Source of the DNA: Myxococcota bacterium
GTDB lineage: Bacteria; Myxococcota_A; UBA796; SXON01
NCBI GenBank assembly: GCA_040386535.1
Contig: JAZKFH010000025.1
Location: forward strand, 32,001 to 96,000
Direction: 5' to 3'
Length of the DNA: 64,000 bases
Positions 28,719 through 39,892 of the stretch are shown here, piece after piece. Made by a program: the position numbers and the translations under genes. Under the pieces are notes generated by a model. That model made no database searches. It was not told where the DNA came from and worked only from the letters and a program-made list of their open reading frames with translations. The stretch's first letter is position 1. Each line of letters begins with the position of its first letter.

Positions 28719-30337
28719 TCGTCCAACGCCCCCGCCCGCCGGAAGGCCGGGCTCATCACGAGGTCGGTCAACAGCGCCTGCCAGTCGTGGCCGGAGCCGA
28801 CGAAGCCCTCGGCGATCCAGTCCACCACGTCCTGTTCGCCCGGATCGATGGTGTGGCCCATGGCGTATCGGTAGAGGTGCGCGGCGAAACAGGGGCCGAG
28901 GTTGTCGTTGTCACGCACGACCGCGCCGAGCTCCCAGGCGTTGGTGAACGCCTTGCCGTCGAGGTCGCCGGACGCGTCGATCGACACGTCGTTCTCGGTG
29001 TCGCGCCAGCGCCCGATGCCATCCAGGTTCTCCAGACCGAGCCCGATGGGATCGGTGAGCTGGTGACACCCGGCGCACGTGGGGTCTTCGAGGTGCGTCT
29101 GGAGCCGATCGCGGAGGGTGGGGGAGGTGGCGTCCGCCTCGGGGATGGACGTGTCCACGTCGGCCGGCGGGGGCGGGATGGTCTGGCACAACAACGTCTT
29201 GCGGATGAACACGCCACGCAGCGTGGCCGACGTGCGCGTGCTGTGTGCGTTGAGCATCAGGAAGCTGGCCTGCCCGAGCAAGCCGCGGCGACCGTCGCTC
29301 TCGCCCAGCGTCACCTCGCCGAAGCCCAGCGGATCGGGCGCGGGGATGCGGTACAGGCTGGCGAGGCGCGGGTCGACGAAGGTGGTGGGCGTGGTGAGCA
29401 GGTCGCGAAAGTCGCCCGGCGCGTCGAAGATCAGGCGCTCCAGGCCGAGCAGCGTCTCCTCGCGCGCGGCGGGGCCGAGCTCGGCGCTCGCGTGGGCGAA
29501 GATCGTGGGGTCCTTGGCGACGGTGTCGAGCTCGCCGAGCTCGAACAGCTCGGTGAACAGCTCGCGGACGCCGGTGCGAGCGCGCTCGTCGGCGAGGAGG
29601 CGGTCGGCCTGGGCGCGCAGGCCCTCGTCGGTCCGCAGCTCCCCGGCGGCGGCGGCGGCGAGCAGCGTGTCGTCGGGGGTGGTGGCCCAGAGCAGGTAGG
29701 AGAGCCGCGTGGCGAGCTCCCAATCGTTCAGGAGGCGCACCGTCGTGTCGTCCGGGGCGACCGCGCCGTGCTCGCGCCGGTACACGAAGTGGGGCGATTG
29801 CAGCATCGCCGCGAGCCCGTAGCGCACGCCCTCCGCGAACGCGCCGGCCTCGCCCCCGGTGAGCGTCACGACCGCGACGAGCCGCGCGGCTTCGGCGTCG
29901 GTGAGGGGGCGCCGCCAGACGCGGAGGCCGAACGCGCGCACGAAAGAATCGGCGCACACGGCGTCGTCGCTGCTGGCGGGGGTGCACGGCACGATCGTGG
30001 CGAACCGCGCCGGATCGTCGGCGACCTGGTCCGCGAGGAGCAGCGCGGCGTCCTCGTAGCGCTCGACGCCGAGCGACGACACGCTGGCGGTGCCGGCGCC
30101 GACGGAGAGCAGGCCGGCCTCCTCCGCGTCGGGCTCGAGGGAGGAGGGGAGCACGATGTCGGCGCCGAGCAGATCGCGCACGGTGTTGGCGTACTGGGCC
30201 TGCGTGAGCCGGCGCAACGTGGGCGCGGGCGGTGTCACGGCGGGCGCGGGGCCGCGCTCGACCGGAGGAGGAACGTCTTCTTCTCCATCGCAGCCGAGGG
30301 TCAACACGGCGAGGAGCGCGAGGGCGAGGCGCGACAG
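28715..30337 (-). CDS. DUF1587/1595/1592/1588/1585 (PSD) multidomain lipoprotein
   Basis: LRRLT..QY.NTVRDLLG, LQSP.FVYR, ELATRLSY.LW...PD, TS.TLRG, LC..IPPPP, CAGCH; start probably CTG. Confidence 0.88.
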   Translation of the reverse strand: MSRLALALLAVLTLGCDGEEDVPPPVERGPAPAVTPPAPTLRRLTQAQYANTVRDLLGADIVLPSSLEPDAEEAGLLSVGAGTASVSSLGVERYEDAALLLADQVADDPARFATIVPCTPASSDDAVCADSFVRAFGLRVWRRPLTDAEAARLVAVVTLTGGEAGAFAEGVRYGLAAMLQSPHFVYRREHGAVAPDDTTVRLLNDWELATRLSYLLWATTPDDTLLAAAAAGELRTDEGLRAQADRLLADERARTGVRELFTELFELGELDTVAKDPTIFAHASAELGPAAREETLLGLERLIFDAPGDFRDLLTTPTTFVDPRLASLYRIPAPDPLGFGEVTLGESDGRRGLLGQASFLMLNAHSTRTSATLRGVFIRKTLLCQTIPPPPADVDTSIPEADATSPTLRDRLQTHLEDPTCAGCHQLTDPIGLGLENLDGIGRWRDTENDVSIDASGDLDGKAFTNAWELGAVVRDNDNLGPCFAAHLYRYAMGHTIDPGEQDVVDWIAEGFVGSGHDWQALLTDLVMSPAFRRAGALDE

Positions 30338-30413
30338 GGAGGGCTCCGGGTGCGGGTAGCTTGCCGGGGCGGGGGGCAGGGTGTCAAGCGTGGGGTTGGG
30401 ATAGCGTGGGGGG

Positions 30414-31331
30414 ATGTTGTTCCTGCTCCTCGCGTGCACCGGACCGGCCGTCGACACGGCATCGCTGGCTGACACCGCGCCGTCCGGCCCGCCCGATCCC
30501 TCGGTGTTCGACTGCTCCGCCACCGAGATCCCCGAACGTGTCACCCCGGTTCCGTTTGCCTGCGCCACCGATGTGACGTGCGCCGAGCGGCTGGTCGCCG
30601 GGCATCGCGGAATGGGCGGGGAGCAGGGGGTCATCGCGCCCGAGAACACCTTGTCCGCCGTGCGGGCCGCCATCGCCTACGGCGTGGACTTCGTGGAGAC
30701 CGACCCGCGGCCGACCGCCGACGGCGTGATCATCAACCTGCACGACACGACGCTGACGCGCACGACCGACGGCTCGGGGGACGCCGAGCTGCTCACCTAC
30801 GCGGAGATCCGCGGCTTCGGCATCCTCGCCGACCGTTACACGGGCGACTTCGGCTGCGAGTACGTCCCGACCCTGCAAGAGGTGCTCACGACGGCGCGCG
30901 GGCGGGTCCACGTGTTGGTCGACGCCAACAAGACCGACCGTGTCGACCTGCTCGTGGCCGCCATCCAGGAGACCGACACGCTGGCCGAGGCCATCTTCGA
31001 CACGTCGAGCCCCGAGAAGATCGCCGAGGCGCTGGCGTTGGAGCCGCGCCTGGTCACGATGATCCGGGTCGAGAGCGCGGATGAATTGGACTCGGAGCTC
31101 GCGACGTTCGCGGAGCATCCGCCCGTGATCGTGGAGATCCCGGACGACGCCCCGGAGCTTGCATCCGCGGTGCGCGCCGCCGGCCAACGCCCCTTCATCG
31201 ACGTGTTCTTCACGGACGCGGCGGTGGCGTACCAGGAGGATCCGTCGTTATACGAGCCGTTCTATGCACAGGGGTTGGGCATCTTGCAGAGTGATCGGCC
31301 GGAGTTGGTCTTGGGATGGGTGGGACGATGA
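30414..31331 (+). CDS. Glycerophosphodiester phosphodiesterase family lipoprotein
   Basis: GHRG, PENTL, ETD, HD.TL.RTT, VPTL.E, SDRP; MLFLLLAC. Confidence 0.92.
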   Translation: MLFLLLACTGPAVDTASLADTAPSGPPDPSVFDCSATEIPERVTPVPFACATDVTCAERLVAGHRGMGGEQGVIAPENTLSAVRAAIAYGVDFVETDPRPTADGVIINLHDTTLTRTTDGSGDAELLTYAEIRGFGILADRYTGDFGCEYVPTLQEVLTTARGRVHVLVDANKTDRVDLLVAAIQETDTLAEAIFDTSSPEKIAEALALEPRLVTMIRVESADELDSELATFAEHPPVIVEIPDDAPELASAVRAAGQRPFIDVFFTDAAVAYQEDPSLYEPFYAQGLGILQSDRPELVLGWVGR

Positions 31332-32053
31332 GGGGTCTTCGCATCGGTACGTGGAACGTGCAATACGCGGCGGGCGCCGAGAAGAACGTGGGGCGTCGGG
31401 AGCGGCTGATCGCGGAGAACGCCGACATCTGGGTGCTCACCGAGACGCACGACGACCTTGCGCTACCGGATCACGTGGCTGTCTCCACGGTCCAACGCCT
31501 GACGGGGCGGACTGGGGGGCGGTGGACGACGATCTGGAGCCGGTTTCCGGTGATCGAGCGGGTTGTTGTCGTCGATGCCGTGCGCACGGTCGCTGCGTTG
31601 CTGGAGTCGTCCGCTGGGCCGCTGCTCGTGTTCGGGACCGTGCTGCCGTGGCACTCCGACCCAGGGCCGGTCGCTGGGTCGCCGGCCAAGGCGTGGAGCG
31701 AGCACCATCGTGTCATCCCCGAGCAGACGGACGAGTGGCGGGCCCTTCGCGCGCAGTTTCCGGGTGTTCCGTTGGTCGTCGCGGGCGATTTGAACATGAA
31801 CCTGGGGGGCAAGCACTACTACGGGACGAAGACCGGAAGGGCGCTGCTACGGGAGGGGATGGCCGGGGCCGAGCTCGCTTGTGCGACGGAGACCGAGCGC
31901 GTGCCTCTCGGAGCGCTGGCGCACGGGCCGATCGACCACGTGCTGGTGCCGGTGGTTTGGGCGGAGCGCACGCGGGTGGTGTCGGCGTGGGAGGGGACCG
32001 TGGGAGGGGTGAAGTATTCGGATCACAGCGGGGTGGTGGTGGAGGTGGGGTGA
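31328..32053 (+). CDS. Endonuclease/exonuclease/phosphatase (EEP) family protein
   Basis: TWNV, LTET, GDLN, IDHVL, SDH; ATGA overlap with GDPD gene. Confidence 0.88.
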   Translation: MRGLRIGTWNVQYAAGAEKNVGRRERLIAENADIWVLTETHDDLALPDHVAVSTVQRLTGRTGGRWTTIWSRFPVIERVVVVDAVRTVAALLESSAGPLLVFGTVLPWHSDPGPVAGSPAKAWSEHHRVIPEQTDEWRALRAQFPGVPLVVAGDLNMNLGGKHYYGTKTGRALLREGMAGAELACATETERVPLGALAHGPIDHVLVPVVWAERTRVVSAWEGTVGGVKYSDHSGVVVEVG

Positions 32054-32254
32054 GGCAACCACGGGATGCGGATCTGGAAGTTCGCTAGGGTAGACCTGAG
32101 TTGCTCGAGACTTCCAGCCCCAAGACGTCGATCGCCCCTCGCTCCTGGGCGAGGGGCGAGGGGCGAGCACGTACGGCCGGGGCCGATCAGGGGGCGGGCG
32201 CCCGCCTCGGGCGGTGCCGGCCCCCTCCGGCAGGGTCTCCTGGGGCGCGGATCG

Positions 32255-32423
32255 GCCACAACCCAGGGGGCCTGGCGCAGGTCCCCCCACTTGTGGCGGA
32301 TCCGTGCGTGCAAATCGGCCACAAGTGGGGGGACCTGGCGCAGGTCCCCCCACTTGTGGCGGATCCGTGCGTGCAAATCGGCCACAACCCGGGGGACCTG
32401 GCGCAGGTCCCCCGACTTGTGGC
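32255..32423. repeat. Three tandem 63-bp units, each with a 20-bp-stem hairpin (REP/BIME-like)
   Basis: GCCACAAGTGGGGGGACCTG-GCG-CAGGTCCCCCCACTTGTGGC perfect at 32318-32360; variants at 32255 and 32381; identical 20-nt linkers. Confidence 0.9.
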
Positions 32424-32648
32424 GGATCCTGGGGTGCCGATCGGGCGACTTGCCGGACGCCCCGCCTCCGCCTCCCCCCCGCGCCAGGCGCCCGGAAGTC
32501 GGCCGCCCGCCGCGGGCGGCCGGTCCCCGCCGCCGCGGCGGGACCAAGCGGCTCCGCCGCGCGACTGGAGGGCACCGACGGGGCCGCGTCCGCGCGGACC
32601 CGGGGCGCCCGCACGCCGCGGAGCCCGCCGCGAGCGAGGACTGCGAAT

Positions 32649-32668
32649 GATTATACAGGATTATACAG
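32649..32668 (-). promoter_or_regulatory. Tandem GATTATACAG repeat giving two TATAAT boxes on the minus strand
   Basis: AT-rich 10-bp direct repeat in very GC-rich context; no convincing -35. Confidence 0.45.
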
Positions 32669-32696
32669 TCACTTTCGGGATGCGGATCGAGCGGTT

Positions 32697-33437
32697 TCAG
32701 GGGCGGGTCGCTCTCCCTTCGGGCTCGCCCCCGTCGATCTTGGTGACCGCGTCCGTCGCCTCTTCGGCCACGGACCACCATCCCGGTACCACGCCCGTGT
32801 CGGTTCGCGCGAGGTGGGCGAGCACCCCTCTGGCCTTCCTTGAGCGCAGCGCGCCCAGGCCGTAGCAGCACCAGAAGCGCACCTCGGCGCTGGGGTCGCG
32901 CAGGTTGCGCAGCAGCGACGACTCGGCGAGCCGCATGCGACGGTTCCTCCGATCGGGCCCGCACATGTACGTCGATCCAAGCCCCTCGGCGGCCTGGCCG
33001 CGCACCCCCGCGGACTCGTGCGAATCGTCGAGACGCCGCGCGAGCGGCTTGATGCAAGTGTCGTCCGACATGTACGAGAGGACGATCGCGGCGGCCCATC
33101 GCCGCTCCTCGCGCGGGTTGCTGCTCAACACGACGCTGATGCTGGAGATCAGGCCCGTGTGGGCTGTCCGGGACAGCGCCTTGGCGACCTCGACGAGACG
33201 TTCGCTCGCCTCTTCTTGGACGAGCAGTCGGAGGAGGGGCCTGGCGAACGTGGGGTTCCCGGTGCGTCCGGCGATCAGGCAGGCGGCCGGAGAGTGCTCG
33301 CCCCACGGTGCGGCGAGGGCCCGGAGCAGATCACGCTCCGTACGCACGTCGAGACCGAGGAGGGCGCGCAGAGCGCCGGCGTAGCCCGAGGGGAGGTCTT
33401 CTGAACGCCAGGCCACGATCCGATCGAGGGGAAGCAT
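32697..33437 (-). CDS. HEAT-repeat protein
   Basis: Repeats ERRWAAAIVL, VRGQAAEGLG, DPSAEVRFWCCYGLG. Confidence 0.75.
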   Translation of the reverse strand: MLPLDRIVAWRSEDLPSGYAGALRALLGLDVRTERDLLRALAAPWGEHSPAACLIAGRTGNPTFARPLLRLLVQEEASERLVEVAKALSRTAHTGLISSISVVLSSNPREERRWAAAIVLSYMSDDTCIKPLARRLDDSHESAGVRGQAAEGLGSTYMCGPDRRNRRMRLAESSLLRNLRDPSAEVRFWCCYGLGALRSRKARGVLAHLARTDTGVVPGWWSVAEEATDAVTKIDGGEPEGRATRP

Positions 33438-33538
33438 CGGGGGATTCTACGACGTTCTTGCCGGCGTGTCGGGGAGGCGGTGCCGATGAACTCGTGTAAG
33501 CTACCCGGCGTCCCATCGTGGCTTTCACCGGAGTGCCG

Positions 33539-34612
33539 ATGCCCCTCGTCCTGCTCTTGACCTTCCTCATCGGCGCCGCGAACGCGGGTGACCGTGCCGA
33601 GAAGCTCGCCGCCCGCGCGACCGCGCTGTACGACGTGCGGAAGCTCGAACCCGCACGAAAGGCGGCCACGAAGTCCCTCGCGCTGCGGGAGTCGGTCGAG
33701 GCGCTCTCGGTTCTTCTGCTCATCGAGCTCGATGACTTCGGCCTGCCGCTCGATGTCGCCAAGCTGGGGAAGGACGCCGCCCAGGCCGAGATGAGGCGCC
33801 GGTTGGGCGTGCTCGACGCACGCATCGCGCAGCTCGAGCTGGTGCAGCCGAATTCCGTGGCCGTCGGCATCGTGCGCACGACACTGAAGGTCCGGTTCGA
33901 AGGGGAGCTCCTGCCCGCGTTGGCGCCGGTGTGTCCGGCGGAGGCGGTCGGCAACTTCAACAAGGCCGAGGCGGCGTTTGGGAAGCACGACTTGCGCGTG
34001 GCACTGACGGCGTATGACGCGGCGCTGGCGGCCTGTCCGAACGAGCCGACCTGGTGGACGTACTCGGGGGACGCGCTGAAGGGCATGGGCGACCTGCGCG
34101 GCGCCGTGGCTCGCTACGAACATGCGTTGACGGTGGACCCATGCCACCACGTCGCCCATCGCTTCGCGGCCGACACGCTGCTCGGGGTCACGGACCTGAC
34201 CGAGGAGGAGAAGGCCGGGCGCGGCATCCACGCGATCGACGCGGTCGTGTGCAACCCCCATTACGACGCCGGCTGGGGCACGCTCGGCGCGCTCTTCGAG
34301 GGCAGCGGGCGCGTGTTCGACCTGCGCCTGCAGGACCCCCAGGGCTACGAGCTGCTCCGCAGCCGCACGGTCGCGGGCGAAGGCGACGCCCTCGATCGGC
34401 GTGTCACGGCGGCGGCGGCCATCCTGGCGGAGGGACCCCCGGACACCCCGATGTGGGTCATCTTCGCGATCGCGCAGAAGGCCGACGCGCTCGTGGAAGC
34501 GGTCGCGTTCGAGACGCTCGACGAGGAGATCGCGGAGGCGTATCGGGCGCGGCGCTTGGGTCTGCGGGAGGGGTTGCGGGCTTGGGTGGTTGTTACGCGG
34601 ATGCGGGAGTGA
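33539..34612 (+). CDS. Secreted TPR-repeat protein
   Basis: Signal peptide; A..AYDAAL..CP, GDAL..MGD...A...YE.AL..DP. Confidence 0.75.
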   Translation: MPLVLLLTFLIGAANAGDRAEKLAARATALYDVRKLEPARKAATKSLALRESVEALSVLLLIELDDFGLPLDVAKLGKDAAQAEMRRRLGVLDARIAQLELVQPNSVAVGIVRTTLKVRFEGELLPALAPVCPAEAVGNFNKAEAAFGKHDLRVALTAYDAALAACPNEPTWWTYSGDALKGMGDLRGAVARYEHALTVDPCHHVAHRFAADTLLGVTDLTEEEKAGRGIHAIDAVVCNPHYDAGWGTLGALFEGSGRVFDLRLQDPQGYELLRSRTVAGEGDALDRRVTAAAAILAEGPPDTPMWVIFAIAQKADALVEAVAFETLDEEIAEAYRARRLGLREGLRAWVVVTRMRE

Positions 34613-34713
34613 AAGCCGAGCTCGGGAGTCTCGCATCTACGGCTGCGCGCCCCCGCCGCCAGCACAATGTGGGCACGCGCCTCCGCGTCGGTTGATACGA
34701 GTGGGCGGCGTCG

Positions 34714-35112
34714 CTACTCGGCCCAGTTCTCCACCTTCAGTCCTGCCACGCGGTCAAACTCTCTCGCGTTGTTGGTTACAACCGTGCGCCCAAGAGCCAA
34801 CGCGTGGGCTGCAATGAGCATGTCCAGGCTGCCGATTGGTTTCCCGGCACGCTCCAGCTCCGCGCGAATGGGACCATAGACAGCCGCGGCGGCATCGTCG
34901 AAGACCTCAACCCCCAGGGGCGCGAGGAAGGCGGCCAAGGCGAGCGCGTTCTGCTCCGGCCGCGCGCTCTTCGCGACTCCGTACTGGAGCTCCGCGACCG
35001 TGATCGACGAGACCGCGATGGTGTTGATGTCCACCTCCCGGAGTCGGTTCAAGAGCAATTGTGGCTTCCCCTTGATCAGGTAGATGCAGATGTTTGTATC
35101 GAGCAGCCACAT
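34714..35112 (-). CDS. vapC: VapC PIN-domain toxin
   Basis: LLDTNICI, ITVAEL.YG, G.PIG.LDMLIAAHA, VTNN.REF.RV.GL..ENW. Confidence 0.95.
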   Translation of the reverse strand: MWLLDTNICIYLIKGKPQLLLNRLREVDINTIAVSSITVAELQYGVAKSARPEQNALALAAFLAPLGVEVFDDAAAAVYGPIRAELERAGKPIGSLDMLIAAHALALGRTVVTNNAREFDRVAGLKVENWAE

Positions 35113-35339
35113 CAGAGGGACTTCCTCACGTCGGCCGCGGGCTGGGCACGCTCAGACATGAAGTCTTCGCTGAACTGGTCGAGGGCGGCCTCGAATCCGG
35201 CCCACGGGTCCTCTGTCGGCACGAGGAGCACGGCGTTTCCAACCCGCCGCACGAACACCTCCCGGCCAGGGAGAGCAAACTCCCGGGGCAGGCGCACGGC
35301 CTGACTTTGACCGTTGCGGAACAGCTTGGCGGTCGTCAT
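35112..35339 (-). CDS. vapB: VapB (AbrB-type) antitoxin
   Basis: MTTAKLFRNGQSQAVRLPREF; 1-nt overlap with vapC; GGAGG SD. Confidence 0.95.
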   Translation of the reverse strand: MTTAKLFRNGQSQAVRLPREFALPGREVFVRRVGNAVLLVPTEDPWAGFEAALDQFSEDFMSERAQPAADVRKSL

Positions 35340-35353
35340 CTGAACCTCCGAGT

Positions 35354-35379
35354 GGGTATATATTCTCGAGTATATACCC
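35354..35379. promoter_or_regulatory. Probable vapBC operator inverted repeat
   Basis: GGGTATATA-N8-TATATACCC directly upstream of the vapB SD. Confidence 0.8.
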
Positions 35380-35602
35380 TTGACGGAGGGCCGACCACCT
35401 GAAGGACCGCGAGCGTATTCTCGACCTCGCTCCACGGATGACGCCCAAGCGTGTCCAGAGTTAGAAGACGACAGTGATCTCGGCAGCCACGCGGACCCTC
35501 ACCAGCAAGCGCCCCGGCAGCGGGGAGTATGATGGCTACGGCGGCCTCCAAAGCACGAGCGTGTCACACGCGGTGGGCTGGGTCGATGCGGGCGGACGCG
35601 TC

Positions 35603-36715
35603 GTGTCCGCGCTCCTGCTCGCAGGGCTCCTCGCAGCGCACGCGGTCGCGGCACCCCGCGTTGCGGACGTGCCGTGCGGAGAGGCGGAGCGCGCCGGTGC
35701 CAAGGTGGCGGACGACGCCTCGTTGATGGCCGAGCAGCTACGGGATCGGGCACGCGGCGCCGCCGAGTGGTCGACGATCCGGCCGGCGGCGGAGGCGTGC
35801 GCCGTAGGGGAGGGAAATCGCGTGGCGTGCGCCCGCGAGGTTGCCCGGTTCATCCGACGGGCCGGGCGTGTCCGCGTGGAGAACGTGCGAGGCGCCGAGC
35901 GGGCCGAGGCGGCGTGCGACCCGGCGATCGCGCGGGAACGCGCCTCGTCGTACGAGGTGTCCCTCCCCGAGGTCGGCTACGCGGCGTTCCTCCTCGCGCA
36001 GATCCAGGCGCAGGCGGCGCCTGTCACCGGCACGACGGCCGAGGGCGTTGTCGCGCTGCGCGCCGCGTACCTGACCGAACGGGATGCGGCAATGCGAGTG
36101 ATGCGGCTCGAGTCGATCGAGCGCCTTCGCGACATCATGAACAACTCGCACGGGGGTGCCTTCGACATGCTCCTCCGCCTCGCGGAGCTCTACGCCGACG
36201 AGGGCCGTTGGTTGGCGCTGGAGGCCGAGCGGGTGTGTCGTGGCACCCCGGGGTGCGAGCGCCCTGCAGACGCCGAGGCGGTGGCCTACTTCGAGAAGGC
36301 GTTGAAGCTACTGACCCAGCTATCGGACGCGCGGTTGGTGGGCGCCTGGCGCGACCGCGCCACCGCACAGTACCGCCTCGGCCTGAACCTCGAAGCGTTG
36401 GACCGGACCGACGCGGCCAAGGCGACGCTGGCCGACCTGGTTGCCGGGAACCCCCGGAGCGACCACGCGCGTGCGGCCGCGCTCTTCGTGGTCGAACAGG
36501 ACATGCCGCCTGATGTGTTCCTGCCCCGCGACGTGACCCGGGAGACAGAAGCGCTCGCCTATGCGCTTTACCGCCGCGGGCTCGCGCGCATGGTAGTGGG
36601 CGACCGCGCCCGCGGCTCCGTCCTCCTGGCGGCGGCCGCCCGCCTCGCTCACGACGGCGAGTGTTACGCGCTCGAGCTCGCCGTGCAGGACGCGCTGGCG
36701 CGCCTTGGAAGGTAG
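35603..36715 (+). CDS. Secreted TPR-like hypothetical protein
   Basis: Signal-like LLLAGLLAAHAVA; LLRLAELY, AQYRLG..LE.L.R...A...L..L....P.S; start uncertain. Confidence 0.65.
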   Translation: MSALLLAGLLAAHAVAAPRVADVPCGEAERAGAKVADDASLMAEQLRDRARGAAEWSTIRPAAEACAVGEGNRVACAREVARFIRRAGRVRVENVRGAERAEAACDPAIARERASSYEVSLPEVGYAAFLLAQIQAQAAPVTGTTAEGVVALRAAYLTERDAAMRVMRLESIERLRDIMNNSHGGAFDMLLRLAELYADEGRWLALEAERVCRGTPGCERPADAEAVAYFEKALKLLTQLSDARLVGAWRDRATAQYRLGLNLEALDRTDAAKATLADLVAGNPRSDHARAAALFVVEQDMPPDVFLPRDVTRETEALAYALYRRGLARMVVGDRARGSVLLAAAARLAHDGECYALELAVQDALARLGR

Positions 36716-36995
36716 TTACTGGCGTAGCGGCGTCCTTCGGGCGAGACGGCCCCCGGCGCACTCTTTGTGGCTGTTGATGCTCATGAGCTTCATGTGCTCA
36801 GCGATCAAGAACTCCTTGCCGTGCGGCGGACGCTCTTCCTGCCACCGAAGTGTACGCCGTGATGCGTACGGAAAGCCGGGGGAAGAGCGAAGAGCGGGAC
36901 TCCGGAGGAGATGCGCGCAGCGACTCGCACCAATGCGGGCTGTTCTCGCCGCATCGCGCGTAGGCGGTCGTACGGCCCCGGGATAGTAGGAGGAG

Positions 36996-37526
36996 ATGGT
37001 GCCCAGCCCCCGTCCCGACGAGCGCGCGCTACCCATAGACCTGGGGATTTGCTGGAACATCGGGGCGCCCACGCCCACGCTCGTGCAAAACGAATTCGAT
37101 GCGTGGCTGCTATTCTACGTACAGGAATACGACCCCGCATGGGAAGGCACCCACGTGAAGGTGCTGGACCCGGGTTCTCCGGGCGCGGAGGCCCTCGGCA
37201 TCATTCACTGGCTTGGTTGCCGGGGAGCTGTGCTCGGTGGTGTGAATGACGAGGCGCGCCACGGGCACCGCCTGTGGAACCGGGGGTTTAGCTCCGATAC
37301 CTACGGGGCCTACGAAGTACGCCCGAGTGCATGGATCAAGCGACTCCGTGACGAGAACCGAGTGCATCCGCGGCACAGCGAGTATCCGTTCACGATTCTG
37401 AGGCACTTCCTGCTTGGCTTCCACGATTCTACCTTTGAGTGTGTCGCGCGGAGTTTCTACATCGAGACGCGGCTGTGCAGCTATCGCGACGCCCTACGAG
37501 AGATCGCAGACCGGGCCGCCACGTGA
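36996..37526 (+). CDS. Hypothetical protein (lower GC)
   Basis: AGGAGG SD; NDEA.HGH.L...G, S.WI, HF...FHDSTFECVA. Confidence 0.75.
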   Translation: MVPSPRPDERALPIDLGICWNIGAPTPTLVQNEFDAWLLFYVQEYDPAWEGTHVKVLDPGSPGAEALGIIHWLGCRGAVLGGVNDEARHGHRLWNRGFSSDTYGAYEVRPSAWIKRLRDENRVHPRHSEYPFTILRHFLLGFHDSTFECVARSFYIETRLCSYRDALREIADRAAT

Positions 37527-37707
37527 GCAGGGGCACGGGACCGGAGCCGCCGCGGTACGCATAGGGCGCTCTTCGTACGCCCACCAGGAGTGCTCCAAGA
37601 GCGAATGTCCCACTTGCCGAGAACGCCCCAACATCCCCCCAACATCCCCGCCCCCGCAGCGGCGGCGGTCCCCCGCCGTCCGTCTGCCCAGCCTCCCTGA
37701 CACCCGC

Positions 37708-39759
<2,052 letters not shown>

Positions 39760-39892
39760 CTATTCCGGTAGCGGGCCGGCGTGCCCGTGCTCGCCGACGC
39801 TCGCGGCGATCCGGCGGTTGGGCGCGGAGCCCCGAACAGCGCGACAGCCGACGACGCCGGCGCTACCATGGCGCGCCTCAAGGAACCGCCCC

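Noticed and set aside
32255..32423. Possible CRISPR array
   Set aside because: Linkers are identical, variation is inside the palindrome, and no cas genes are in the window
31847..32865. ORFs crossing the 63-bp repeats
   Set aside because: Open in several frames on both strands with no codon bias or RBS; explained by GC-rich repeats
36716..36900. Possible gene remnant on the minus strand (GKEFLIAEHMKLMSINSHK)
   Set aside because: Too short, with no recognisable family or start signal
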